64,000 nucleotides of DNA from Octopus sinensis. Lineage: Eukaryota. The stretch covers positions 20,336,001 to 20,400,000 of the forward strand of contig NC_043017.1 in the NCBI RefSeq assembly GCF_006345805.1, written 5' to 3'. Made by a program: the position numbers and the translations under genes. This document shows positions 22,870 to 35,930 of this stretch, one piece after another. The notes beneath the pieces are model-generated. The model searched no databases. It had not been told where the DNA came from and worked only from the letters and a program-made list of their open reading frames with translations. Within the stretch, counting starts at the first letter, position 1. Each line of letters starts with the position of its first letter.

Positions 22870-25430
22870 GTTAATCCCTTTATTGTCAAAATTCTGTTGA
22901 AATTCATTGACTTGGTTTCAATAAATTTTCAAAAATACCGAAAAAATATAGGAAAATAATTCTGTCATTAAGAAGCTGGTGTTTGGAGAATAAACTAACA
23001 CAGAATTTTGACAGAAGGTTTTGCAACTTGGATCACTTTGAGTTGAAAATTTGTATCCTAAAACCAGGGGCATCCCCAGATTGGTTGGTATGAAAAAGGT
23101 TAAGAAATGTGTAATTTGGCTGGTAAAAAGTCAAGAGATCGAATTCAAATGTTTGCCATTCTGTAAAAGACAGAGAAGGATTCTCTTAACAATTTATTTT
23201 GGAAATAATGAAGAATTTAGTAAGATAGCTTTCTCATTATCAATCTGGTGTTTGAAACATAAATTAACATAAAATTTTGTTGAAAGATTTAAATTTAGAT
23301 CATTTTCTTTTACTTTTACTTGTTTCAGTCATTTGATTGTGGCCATACTGGAGCAGCACCTTAAAGCATTTTAGTTGAAGAAATCGACTCCAGGACTTAT
23401 TCTTTGTAAGCTTAGTAATTTTTTTATCAGTCTCTTTTGCTAAACTGCTAAGTTATAGGGACATAAATAGACTAGCATCATTCGTCAAGCAATGACAGTG
23501 GAACAAACACACACACACACAAGATGGGCTTGTTTCAGTTTCTGTCTACCAAATCCACTCACATGGCTTTGGTTGATCCGAGGCTATAGTAGAAGACATT
23601 TGCCCAAATGTCATGCAGTAGGACTGAACCTGGAACCATGTGGTTGGGAAGCAAGCTTCTTACAACACAACCACACCTGTGCCTATAACAATAAAATTGT
23701 ATCACAGAAGCAAGGGATAGTCTCAGACCGGCTGGAATATAAAATAGTTAAAAAGCTTATAAGCTGGCAGGCAGAGGAACCAGAAGGTGTGGTTGAAATT
23801 TCTGCCATTCTGAAAAAAGCAGATAAGACTCCTCTTAACAACTCCTACTTAACCCTTTTGTCATTAATTTCTGTTGGAAGGTGGCAAGCTGGCAGAAACA
23901 TTAGCATGCCGGGCAGAATGCTTAGTGGTATTTTGTCTGTCTTTACATTCTGAGTTCAAATTCTGCTGAGGTCAACTTTGCCTTTCATCCTCTTGAGGTC
24001 AACAGATTTAGTACTAGTCAAATACTGGGGATCGATCTAATCGACTGGCTCCCCAGCCCCACCAAAAATTTTGGACCTTGTACTGAGAGTAGAAAAGATT
24101 ATATTTCTGTTGGAATATATCCAGTTTGTTTCAATTAAATTTGAAGAAAAGGAGGTATTTTGTAAAATAATTTTGTCATTATTTATCAGGGGAGCTTCTG
24201 CCAAGGCCAACTTTGCCTTTCATCATTTTGGGGTTGGCAAATTAAGTACCAGTCAAGTACTGGGGTCGATGTAATTGACTATCCTCCTCCCCACAAATTC
24301 CAGGCCTTGTGCCAATAGTAGAAAGGATTATTTATTTGGGGAGCTTGTTAAAAATATTCATTAGTGACAGAAGCAGTATTAATATCGAGAGGTGATATTT
24401 ATCCCCACTTAAACATGGACGTCCATGGTAACAACTGCAGTATAACTTGTTCTAATAGAACATTCACTTTTAAGTGGAGATAGACCCATCAAACCAAATG
24501 AAATCGTAGTTGTGGCTGATGCTGGTGTCACATAATGACACCTGTGGCAGTGGCACATAAAAAGCACCTTTTGAGTGTTGGGCCTCATGGAGGCAACAAC
24601 CGAGGCTTTTGGCATTATGTTGTGCTTGAGAAGAAGACTTATCAAGCCAAGTAAAGTCACAGTCGTGGCAGATACCTGTGTCACACAAATGGCACCCGTG
24701 CTGGTGGCACATAAAAGAACCCATTACATTCTCGGGGTGGTTGGCATTAGGAAGGGCATCCAGCCATAGGAACCTTACTGAATCAGACTGGAAGCTGGTG
24801 CAGCCTTCCAGCTTGCCAGTCCTGGTGAAACCTTCCAACCCATGCCAGCATGGACAACGGATGCTAGAAGATGACGACGACAATGATTTAACTGGTATCT
24901 GCAAGATATATTAAATATGAAATTTCAGGAAGTTTGTATCATAGAACCAGGAATGGTTTCAAGTGGATGATATCAAAAGGGTTAAACAGGTAAATTTAAA
25001 TTGGAAATTGAGCTGTGATAAGTATTATTGCTGCTGTTTGCCCCAACGTCAGGCTTAACAGTTTCATTGCTATGTTTTGGTTGAATTAAGCAGCCTTTGC
25101 TTCAATCAATTTTGAAAACAATCAAGAACTTGTGTTTGGAACATAGATTAATAGGAAATTTCGATTCAAGATTTTAATTTAGATCACTCTAAAATAGAGA
25201 ATTTGTATTATAGAACAAAGAATGGTTTCAGGAAAGTGATGGGGTTTTTCATACGAAAAGGGTTAACTTGTGGCTCCCTTTTATGTTGAAACACACTATC
25301 TATATTCCATTTAAGTTTTTAAAATAATCAAAAATCTGAAAGAGTGTAGAAAAATAGCTCTTTCCTTGTTAAGTTGGTATTTGAAATATAACTTAACAAA
25401 AGGTTGTAATATTAAATTATGATAACAGTA
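22870..25430 (+). mobile_element. Cluster of decayed piggyBac-type MITE copies interleaved with SINEs A, B and C
   Basis: ttaaccctttt left ends (~22871, 23848), aaagggttaa right ends (~23103, 24986, 25265), and repeated internal ttcaat...ttttgaaaataatgaagaa...ctggtgtttggaacata...atttagatca blocks. Confidence 0.7.
24530..24880 (+). mobile_element. RTE-tail SINE-like family C with internal ggtggcacataaaaagcac repeats
   Basis: ggttggcattaggaagggcatccagc...ccttccaacccatgccagcatggac...gatgacgacgac. Confidence 0.8.
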
Positions 25431-26989
25431 AAATTGATATATGAATGTTTTAAAATGACAGTTGCATGTCATACGACTATAACTATCTTTAACAGTTTGA
25501 CATCAAATATTTTTTAACTTAAAACGCTTCATATCTCTTGAAACAGTTAAATGATCGATGAGTTGGGTTTTTTTTTTTAATTAAGAGCACAAAAAATCGA
25601 TTTGTTTGAAAGCTGCATTGCACACACAAGAAAATGACAGATAATTTTAGTTTTCAAACATGGTAATCCTTTAATTACTTCCGTTTATCATCTTATAACA
25701 TACAAAAGCAGTTGAGTGTTTTAACAATAATTTAACTCTTTCATGGCCTAATCTTTTATAAATGAATTACATGTATAAACACAAGCAATACTGTGTGGTT
25801 AACATCGTTTGCTTTGAAACCACGAGGCCTTGAGTTAAAGTCTACTGTATGATGGGCAATTATAAATGACCTTGCTCGGACTTCTAGTATAGCCCACTGT
25901 AGCCTCAGGCAGGTAAATGCCTCATAAGTCATCATCATCATCATCGTCATCATCATAGTCACCATTTAACGTCTGTCTTCCATGCTGGCATGGGTTGGAA
26001 GGTTTGCCAGGAGCTGACAAGCCAGAGGACTGCACCAGGTTCCAGTCGTCTGTTGTGGCATGGATTTTAAGCTGGACATCCTTCCTAACATCAACCAGTT
26101 TATAAAGTGAATTTGGTAAATCGAATCAGAGCATACGTGTGTGTGTGTGTGTGTGTGTGTGCATGCATGGCCTAGTGGTTAGGGTGGTGCATTTATGGTT
26201 GTGAGATTGCAGTTTCCATTCCTGGACCAGATAGTGAGTTGTATTCTTCAGCAAAACACTTCACCTAATGATGTTCTGTGATCACTTCAACAGCTGACAG
26301 GTAAGACGCCATGCACTGATCAGGTAACATTGGTTTGAGAGCAGATATGCTTGATCCTGAGAAAGAAATCATTTGTGCAGCTTGTTCAGCAGGCAGTTGT
26401 ACAAGTGTCAATTTTGGACTACAAGAGACTACCGTGCATATATGTGAGCATGTACAAGTGTATATGTATGTAGTTTTTGAGATATCTTGCCCATGGACAA
26501 ACAAACAAACGCGACTGAAAAGAATACCTCCACCTTTGCTAAGGCAGAGGTAATAATCACTGATAAGTTCCTATATTTTTATTCCAGGAACTCTTCTGAC
26601 TTTATATAACCTCTATCAATGAATCATCCAATTTATTTACTATATACCATTTCATTAAACTTCAAACTTCTTTGATGTACATTATATATACATACATGCA
26701 TACATGCATATATATATACATACATACATGCATATATATACATATATATATATAATATATATATATGTATGTATGTATATATATATATATATGTATGTAT
26801 GTATATGTATGTATATATGTACGTAATTTTGGGTGATAGTGATGAGGTGGATGGGAAATGCCTTATTTTATAATAAATTAGTTTTTTTTCATTTTTTCTT
26901 CCTTTTTTTTAAGTAATCTCTCCCATTTTTTAAAAATCTTCTGACTTGCGTATGTTTCTTGTTCTGATTGTATGTTCTTTGTGTGTGTG

Positions 26990-27663
26990 TGTGTGTGTGA
27001 GTATGTGAGAGAGAGAGAGAGTGAAAATGTATGCTTGAGTGTGTGTGTGTGTGTGTTGGATTTGATGTATTTTCATAATAGGGAGGAGGAGGTGGAGGAG
27101 AGGATGAGAAAAAAGGGCGAAAAAGAAGTAGAGGAAGAGAAGGAGAAAGAAGAAAAAGAGCAAGAGGTGGAAGAGTAAGACAAGAGAAGAAGGCAAAGAG
27201 AAAGGTAGGAGGAGGAGGAGGAAGAGGAGAAGAATAATGAGGAGGAGGCGGAGAAGAAGAAGAAGAAGAAGAAGAAGAAGAAGGAGGAGGAGGAAGAGGA
27301 GAAGAAGAAGAAGGAGGAGAAGGAGGAGAAGAAGAAGAAGAAGGAGGAGGAGGAGGAGAAGAAGGAGAAGGAGAAGAAGAAGGTGGAAGAATTTGAATTA
27401 AAAGAGAGAAGTTTAAAAAAAAGAAGGAAAAGAGGAAAGAAGAAAATGAAAGGAGATTTATAGAAAGATACAGTAAAATGTAGAACTTATTCATATCTTG
27501 TTCTTCACCCCCCACTCCCCCACCCCCATCTCCTTCCTCCTTTTTTTCCCTTCTTGTTTCTGTAAATAAACTCATTGAAATTGATGCCAATAAAAAAAGG
27601 ACGTAAATTTGATAAGTTCAAGACACCAGCGCAACAGAAAGAGAGAGAGAGAGAAAGAATGGG

Positions 27664-27704
<41 letters not shown>

Positions 27705-27720
27705 CACACACACACAGAAG
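26990..27720. repeat. (GAA)n/(GGA)n/(GA)n purine-rich tracts
   Basis: Direct reading. Confidence 0.95.
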
Positions 27721-28089
27721 TATTATTTGTAAGGTGAGAATAATTAAATCTTTCTCTATCAATATTTTAAATAAAAAAAAAGTGGGGGGGGGGGTTGATC
27801 TATAATTAAATCTCTTTGAAACATGAAACTGATGAAATGATATGTCTGAAATCTTTGCTTCGTTATCAAAACTTTCTCTTTCTATTCAGAATTTATTATT
27901 TTGTTAATAGGTGTTGGAGTAGCTGTGTGGTTAACAAGCTTGTTTTATAAGCCACGTGGTTTCAGGTTCAGTCCCACTGCAGGACACCTTGGGTTAGCAT
28001 TCTTTACATTGGTCAGCCCTGAGCTGACCAATGCATTGTAAGTGAATTTAGTGAATGGAAACTGTTTGGAAGTTTGTCATGTATACCCA

Positions 28090-28415
28090 TGCTGGTGGCA
28101 CGTAAAAAACACCATCCGAACGTGGCCGATGCCAGCGCCACCTTGACTAGCGTCCATGCCAGCGGCACATAAAAAGCACCAACCGATCGTGGACGTTGCC
28201 AGCCTCCTCTGGCCCTGTGATGCTGGCACGTAAAAAGCACCCACTATACTCATGGAGTGGTTGGCGTTAGGAAGGGCATCAAGCTGTAGAAACACTGCCA
28301 GATCAGACTGGTGCCTGGTGCAGCCTCCTGGCTTCCCAGACCCCTGTTGAACCGTCCAACCCATGCTAGCATGGAAAACAGACTTTAAACGATGATGATG
28401 GTGGTGATGATGATG
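28090..28415 (+). mobile_element. RTE-tail SINE-like family C, young, 3 internal ~50-bp units, (GAT)n tail
   Basis: ggtggcacgtaaaaagcacc units; ggagtggttggcgttaggaagggcatc...ccaacccatgctagcatggaaaac...aaacgatgatgatg; inserted after the 5' half of a family-B SINE (27910-28085). Confidence 0.9.
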
Positions 28416-28706
28416 ATGTGTGTGTAGATATATATAATGCAGGAATGTAAGTAATGTACTTATTATTAAATATAATATTATAAACTGTTTACATGCTTTT
28501 AAGTTACAAAACAATGTGTCATGATATTAGAATTTTCTTGCACTTTTATTTGTTTCAGTCGTTTGATTGCAGCCCCTTAAGGGCTTTTAGTCAAACCAAC
28601 TCCAGGTCTTATTTTTTGTAAGCCTAGTACTTATTCTATCAGTCTCTTTTGCTAAACAACTATGTTACAGAGACATAAACACACTAACATTGTTTGTCAA
28701 GCAATG

Positions 28707-29070
28707 TCATCATCATCATCGTTTAACGTCCACTTTCCATGCTAGCATGGGTTGGACGGTTCAACTGGGGTCTGGGAAGCCAGAAGGCTGCACCAGGCCC
28801 AGTCTGATCTGGCAGTGTTTCTACAGCTGGATGCCCTTCTTAATGCCAACCACTCCGTGAGTGTAGTGGGTGCTTTTTACATGCCACCGGCACAGGTACC
28901 AGACGAGGCTGGCAAATGGCCACGATTGGATGGTGCTTTTTACGTGCCACTGGCACGGAGGCCAGTCGAGGCTGGCAACGGCCATGATCGGATGGTGCTT
29001 TTTACGTGCCACCGGCACGGAGGTCAGTCAGGGCGGTGCTGGCAACGGCCACGTTCAGATGGTTCTCTCA
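28707..29070 (-). mobile_element. RTE-tail SINE-like family C, young, 4 internal units
   Basis: catcatcatcgtttaacgtcc...ccatgctagcatgggttggacgg...ggatgcccttcttaatgccaacc; inverted relative to 28090-28415. Confidence 0.9.
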
Positions 29071-29194
29071 TTGTTAAATAAAATTTCATCAAACTATTTT
29101 TCTGTCATTTATGACTTTATGTGTGTGTGTATATATATATGTGTGTGTGTATATATATGTGTGTGTGTTTGTGTGTGTGTGTGTGTATGTGCTA

Positions 29195-29390
29195 GAGGGT
29201 GCTGAAAAGTTCCTGGCTTCAAGGGTATCCTGAAAGGTGTGGTTGGAGACCCAACCATCTGAATTATTTTACAGGGCTTATAAAGTCCAAAGGACGATTG
29301 CAATAAGTATATGAAACTGGGAGGGGAACATGTTGAATAAAATCATAATCAACCGATTCCTCTTGTATTTTCTTTTACCCCTCCACCTCG
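29195..29390. mobile_element. Tc1/mariner-type MITE, same family as 9456-9658
   Basis: gagggtgctgaaaagttcctggc start; shared gggagggaacatgttgaat and cctcttgtattttctttta; ends cctcg|ta. Confidence 0.7.
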
Positions 29391-29446
29391 TATGCATGTA
29401 TGTTTACATATGTGCATATCTGCGAACCTTGTGAACCTTGTCTGGT

Positions 29447-29597
29447 AGACCCGTGCAGTTGCCAAGTGGTATCCAAAAAATCAGAAAGGCCACTTGGAAG
29501 ACCTCCATGGCAATGGGAGGACGATTTGGTCAAGAAATTTGGGTCAAGATGGGGAAGAATGGTGCAACCAAGACAAAATTGGAAGTCTGATCAATAA
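29447..29597 (+). mobile_element. RTE-clade LINE ORF C-terminal fragment (5' truncated)
   Basis: Translation ERPLGRPPWQWEDDLVKKFGSRWGRMVQPRQNWKS fits the RPxGRPxxRWxDD...W...AxDRxxW tail typical of RTE reverse transcriptases. Confidence 0.65.
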
Positions 29598-29610
29598 TGT
29601 GATACTATCA

Positions 29611-29950
29611 GGCGCTGGAGTGGCTGTGTGGTAAGTAGCTTGTTTACCAACCACATGGTTCCGGGTTCAGTCCCACTGCGTGGCACCTTGGGCAAGTGTC
29701 TTCTACTATAGCCTCTGGCCAACCAAATATATATATATGCGTGTGTGTGTTTGTGTGAGTGTGTTTGTCCCCCTAGCATTGCTTGACAACTGATGCTGGT
29801 GTGTTTATGTCCCTGTTACTTAGCGGTTCGGCAAAAGGGACCGACAGAATAAGTACTGGGCTTACGAAAGAATAAGTCCCGGGGTCGAGTTGCTCGATTA
29901 AAGGCAGTGCTCCAGCATGGCCACAGTCAAATGACTGAAGCAGGTAATAG
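29611..29950 (+). mobile_element. SINE family B, young full-length copy
   Basis: ggcgctggagtggctgtgtggtaag...gggttcagtcccactgcgtggcaccttgggcaagtgtcttc (CORE-like ccttgggcaag)...cagcatggccacagtcaaatgactgaa. Confidence 0.92.
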
Positions 29951-30179
29951 AGAGAGAATATGTTTCTGTGTTTGTACCCCTTTTACTACTTGACAACCGG
30001 TGTTGGTTTGTTTATGTTCTATAACCTAGCGATTTGGTAAGATACATATAGAATTAATACCAGACTTCAAAGACAATAAACACATGATTCAGTTTCTGAG
30101 TGAAACTATTTAAAGTGGTGCCCCAGCATGGTCACGGTCTAATGACTGAAACAAGTAAACAAAAAATTAACACTAAATG

Positions 30180-30551
30180 CATGTGTGTGCGTGCATGTGT
30201 GTATGTGTATATATGGCATAGGAGTGGCTGTGTGGTAAGTAGCTTACTTACAAATCACATGGTTCCAGGTTCAGTATGTATGTATGTATGTATGTATGTA
30301 TGTGTGTGTGTGTGTATGTGTGTGTATGTATGTATGTATGTATGTGTGTATGTATGTATGCATGCATGTATGTATGTATGTGTGTATGTATCTATGCATG
30401 TATGTATGTGTGTATGTATGTATGCATGTATGTATGAGTGTGTATGTATGTATTATGCATGCATAAATATAGACATATTTATACATATACATTTAAGTGT
30501 AGACTAACTCCCATGTAAACATATACAAAAATATATATATATATATATTAT

Positions 30552-30616
<65 letters not shown>

Positions 30617-31140
30617 TTATATGCACATATATATGTACATTTATATATATAAGTGCATATAAATATGTATATATGAGCACATATATATATAACTATATGT
30701 ACACATATACATGTATGCATGCATATGCATATATTGCCCATATGCAGAGATAATATGCATAATGTCTAGCCATGAGTCTTTATTTAATGGCTTAAACTTG
30801 TATAAAAGTAACTTTGTGAATGAAAAAGACCATGGAAAATGAGAAGAAAATTATAAAAGACAAAAAAGAACAAAAATAGTGGAGCTATAAAAAATTAAAA
30901 AATACGTAAATGACTAAAAAACTAAAACAAAAAACAACCAATAAAAATAATCAGCCCCACCCCCATCATGCACCTCACAAAAAAATAAATAAATAAATAA
31001 ATAAACCAAGATTTTCTGATAAAAAAAGCTCACATAAAAATTTTTTAAAAAAACCCACACACAGTTGAATACTTCTTTTCTACATTTTCTTTCTTTTTGC
31101 TATTCACATTGCAAAAGAGAAAAACCACAGCATAATAATA

Positions 31141-31176
<36 letters not shown>

Positions 31177-31237
31177 TAATAATAATGATAATGATAATAA
31201 TAATATAATAATAATAATGATAATGATAATAATCATA

Positions 31238-31272
<35 letters not shown>

Positions 31273-32916
31273 AAGAAGACGAAGAAGAAGAAGAAGAAAA
31301 TTAATAATAATAATAACCACAACAACAATAATAATGCTGATGAAGATGATGATGGTAATGCGGAGGAGCAGAAGGAGGGGGAAGATAATGATGATGATTA
31401 TAATGATGATGATGATAACAAGAACAAGATCAATAATGATAATGATGAAAATAATAAAAAGAATAAACATAAAAATAAATATAAAAAAAAAAAAAATATA
31501 TATATATATAAAAAAAAAGTGGTGTCTGAGAAATTAGTTTGAATAAATTTAGATAAAGCCCTTGGTTGTTATAATAGCGTTTCCTTTTCATTGGAATGCC
31601 TGCTAATTTCTTAAAGTTGCTTCCTTTAAAGAGTATGGAAAGGAGAGATCTAAGACGAGAGAGGAAAAGATGAGAAAAAGATACAAAACATATATATATA
31701 TATGTATATATATATGTATAAATTAACCTTTTATTGCTGGGATGTTGTTTAGAGAGCATTTAGGTGCATGGTGTCTGGGAATCAAATATGTTGTTGTTGT
31801 TCTTGTTGTTGGTTGTGGTGTTGGTGGTGGTGATGGTGTTGATGTTGTTGTTTTTGTTGCCTTCTTGTATTAATTCTGTACTCTCATTTCAAGAAATATT
31901 TAATAACGCTTTGTCAAATTATATATATATATACATCGACTCATAAACATACATATATACGTATATAGACACACACACACACATATATGTATGTATACAC
32001 ACACACACACATATATATGTATATATGCATTTATATATATATATATATATATGTATATACACACACACTTGTATATACAAATACATGTATTATATGTATA
32101 TATGTGTATATGTATATACACACATGTATACATATACATGTGTATTATATGTGTGTGTATGTATATATGCATATATGTATATCTACCTATATATCTATCT
32201 ATCTATCTATACATACATACATACATATATATATGTATGTATATACACATGTATATGTTTATATATATATATATGTATATAAATACACACATGTATGTGC
32301 AAGAATATATTTATACACGCATATATATATATATGTGTGTGTGTGTGTGTACATATAAATATTTAGGTGAGTAGGTATGTGTAGGTATGTATGTATATAT
32401 GATATATATAAGTGTATGTGTGTATGGGTATGAAGATGTATATTTGTGTGCATCTGCACATACATGAGTATGCAGGCATGTGCATGCATTCATGCATGTA
32501 TAAATATGGTGAGAAAAATCAACAAATAAAAACTAAACAAGTCACTTGTTCACAAATAATAAACTGTTGCCGAAATTCTTTATTTCGGTAAAATATTCCT
32601 TCATTTGCAATGATTCCGTAGTTATCAATTACTCCTCTATGACTCATTGTGTACGTTTGAACTAAGGAGTGTGCTCCCAGCTCCTTACAAACGAAGTGGA
32701 GGAAGGTAAAATGACATGGAATTGACTGGAACTGTAAGAAAATTATCTTCCAAAAATGGTAAGATTTCTATGAGGGGAAAAAAATGGTAAATGTCTTGTT
32801 TATTGTGGGTTTTATTTTCATTGTATTTTATCATTTTTCTAAATTTTCAATGAATTTTGAGATTCTGAGACATTAAGAGATAAATACATACGTGTGTGTA
32901 TTTACACACATACACT

Positions 32917-32956
<40 letters not shown>

Positions 32957-33560
32957 CACACACTGACATATATACATATATATATACATATATATATATA
33001 TATATGTATGTCTGTGTGTGTATGTATATATATACACACACACATATATATACAGACACACACATACATATATATACATACATGTATACAGATACACACA
33101 AATATATACATGCCTGTATGTATGTATGTGCATGTGTGTGTGTATGTGTATGTGTACACATGTATATCCATATTTATATTTGTCCAACCCATGCAAGATG
33201 GAAAAATGGATGTTTAAGCATTGAGCAAAAGTATATGTCTGCATGCATATACATGCACATGCATGCGTGCATGTATGTGTGTGTGTATGTGTGCATGTGT
33301 ATATGAGAGCACAGGGTATCTATTTTGTGGTTTATCAACACAAATACTCAGGGTTGAATACACATATCTTCTGTGGGAGTTTGAAGCTAACTCAACACTC
33401 TATAACTTCACATGACGAAATAATGAACTTGACTGCAAGATAAGGCTGCACAGTTATGTAGAAGAACAGATGAACACAAGTCTATAAACAACAACATATA
33501 TATATATATATACATATTTATATGCAAAAATGTGCATGCATATGCATATATAAATATACA
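30180..33560. repeat. Series of (TATG)/(TA)/(CA) and (AAT)/(GAT) microsatellite blocks
   Basis: Direct reading (30270-30740, 31130-31480, 31920-32500, 32880-33300). Confidence 0.93.
32622..32705 (+). CDS. Candidate internal exon (84 nt, phase 2 to 2), product unknown
   Basis: ttccgtag| ... gaag|gtaaaa; open frame YQLLLYDSLCTFELRSVLPAPYKRSGG; the minus strand also offers a good acceptor, so strand is ambiguous. Confidence 0.2.
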
Positions 33561-33714
33561 TATATATATATATAGCAGTGACGAATACCAGAATGTCGAA
33601 TGTATGTCATATTTGAGGAAAATATAGTCGAAAGCCAAGATAATATATGTAGAGGGTAGTTTTCTTTTTACATCTGTTAAAAAAATTTAATCACAGACAT
33701 ATGAACATGCATAG

Positions 33715-33859
33715 GTGATTATTATTATTATTATTATTATTATTATCATTATTATTATCATCATCATTAATATCATAATCATTATTATTATTATAATTAT
33801 TATTATTATTATCATCATCATTAATATTATAATCATTATTATTTTTATTATTATTATTA

Positions 33860-33893
<34 letters not shown>

Positions 33894-33967
33894 CATTATA
33901 ATTATCATCATCATCATTAATATTATAATCATTATTATTATTATTTTTATTATTATCATCATTATTA

Positions 33968-34003
<36 letters not shown>

Positions 34004-34020
34004 TATTATTATTATTTCAT
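33715..34020. repeat. (ATT)n/(ATC)n microsatellite
   Basis: Direct reading. Confidence 0.97.
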
Positions 34021-34467
34021 ATTCAATAAAACATTAAAAGACCAGATATATTTTGAAAGGAAATGAACTCAGATTTTTTTTTTTTGAATTTTTAAAACAT
34101 TTTCTCAAACTTAAGAGATGGATGAGGAAAGTGAGTTATTTACATACATACATATATAATGCACATGCACACATATATGAAATTTATATATAATAGAGGT
34201 GGGGGTGTTCAAAAGACACTTTCGCATTTAAATAGTTTTGTATTTAAAAAATATATATTTAATATTATTCTTGTTATTTTGTTGTGAATATCTCTGAATA
34301 TATGATATATATGTATGCGTGTATATATATATATATATATATATATCTGCATGCATATATATATATATATATGCTAAACCACCTAGCATGCATACATATT
34401 ATACATTCAAACACATTCTCATACTTTTAAATTCCTTCTAAGAAAACACACACACACACACACAAAG

Positions 34468-34498
<31 letters not shown>

Positions 34499-34505
34499 CA
34501 CAAAG

Positions 34506-34536
<31 letters not shown>

Positions 34537-34652
34537 CACATACACACACACACACACACACATTATTGATGTCACATCCTCAATGTATGTTTTCTTTAAA
34601 TGCTTTTTGGTTGCAGTATTTCAAATTCCCTTTGAGGATGACTCAAGTATAA

Positions 34653-34695
34653 GGTGCTGATGAGCTGAAATCACAGTGAAACAGTGATGTCCACC
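34653..34695 (+). ncRNA. Type I hammerhead ribozyme, near-canonical
   Basis: GGTG CTGATGA GCTG aaatca CAGT GAAA CA gtga TG TC CACC: stem I GGTG/CACC, full core, stem II 4 bp (G10.1-U11.1 wobble), stem III closed by a GNRA loop, GUC cleavage triplet (predicted cut 3' of C34691). Confidence 0.78.
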
Positions 34696-34910
34696 GTTCT
34701 AGTTCACCTACAAAGTTATTTGTTTCACCTGGTTTTTAGCTCCTCATCATTGAGGGACTTTCCAGTGATCCACATCAGGTGGCATTGTCCGTTTTTGGCT
34801 TGGTTTCTACGGCTGAATGCTCTTCCTAATGCTAACAACTTTACAAAGTGTACTGGGTGTGCTTTATTTGGCACCAGCATTGGCAGGGTGGCACCAGGAC
34901 TGACAGGGTG

Positions 34911-35363
34911 ACAGCAAATATTCTGCTCAATACCACAGATTTGCTTCTCAGTTGTTTGACCGTAACCATTTGAGCATGTCCCTTAGTGAATGACGATATG
35001 TGCATCTCTGATCATGAGCAGAAGTAGTGGGGGAGCATCATAGCCATGTGTTGAAAATAATTGTTAGAGGTTTGGATAATTCACCTTTGGAAAAATGGAT
35101 GGTTCATTCAACATCCTTAAACAATCCTTATTCAGAGACCTTTTGAGTGGGATGGGTTACTCGACTAGAAGAAAATTCTAACTGGGCCCCACCTGCAAGG
35201 TCATGCACTGTTTATCTTGATATGAGATCACCATGTCGCACACATATGGTTGTGAAGCATGTGCCTGGTGTACCCTTATTAGACGGGTAGTCATGATGAG
35301 TATACTGGGCTTCATATATTTTACCCTAGTGTCATTTTGATGGCATGCACTGCTCTCTCACTC
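34911..35363 (+). mobile_element. ~560-bp (AAT)n-associated element (family G), 5' truncated
   Basis: acagcaaatattctgctcaataccacagatttgctt...gggccccacctgcaaggtcatgcactgtttatcttgatatgagatcacc...gcactgctctctcactc matches 44357-44913 and the reverse of 56068-56624. Confidence 0.9.
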
Positions 35364-35380
35364 AATTATAATAATAATAA

Positions 35381-35576
35381 TCCTTTCTACTATAGGCACA
35401 AGGCCTGAAATTTTGTGGGAGGGGACCAGTTGATTACATCGACTACAGTGTTTCACTGGTCCTTAGTTTATCGATCTCGAAAGGATGAAAAGCAAAGTTG
35501 CCTCCGGTGGATTTTGAACTTAGAATGTAAAGATGGACCAATTGCACTAAGCAGTGCTAAGGATTCCACCAGCTGC
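35381..35576 (-). mobile_element. Family-A SINE between (AAT)n tracts
   Basis: tcctttctactataggcacaaggcctgaaa...gaaaggatgaaaagcaaagttg...ttgaacttagaatg. Confidence 0.85.
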
Positions 35577-35614
<38 letters not shown>

Positions 35615-35835
35615 TAATTTGAAGAAGGAAGAGTAGACAGAAGAAATCTGGAGAAGGAGAAAATGAAAGCAATGATAGAAACTGATAAAAGAAACAGATC
35701 AATAAAGTAATTTTGTGTGCAACGGAGAAAATTTGGTAAATGTCACCCCCAACACCACCACCAACACCACACACTGCTCCTTCCCCCCTAATTTTCTTGG
35801 ATTCTGATTCTGCATGAATATTAATATGAATGGTA

Positions 35836-35872
<37 letters not shown>

Positions 35873-35889
35873 TTTACTTGAAGGATCCT

Positions 35890-35899
35890 CATACTGTGA

Positions 35900-35930
<31 letters not shown>

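Noticed and set aside
27829-27860. CTGATGA...GAAA hammerhead-like spacing
   Set aside because: No stem II, stem III or stem I pairing
33566-33605. gtgacgaataccagaatgtcgaat, possible hammerhead relic next to a TA tract
   Set aside because: Core and stem II each need several corrections; too degenerate to support
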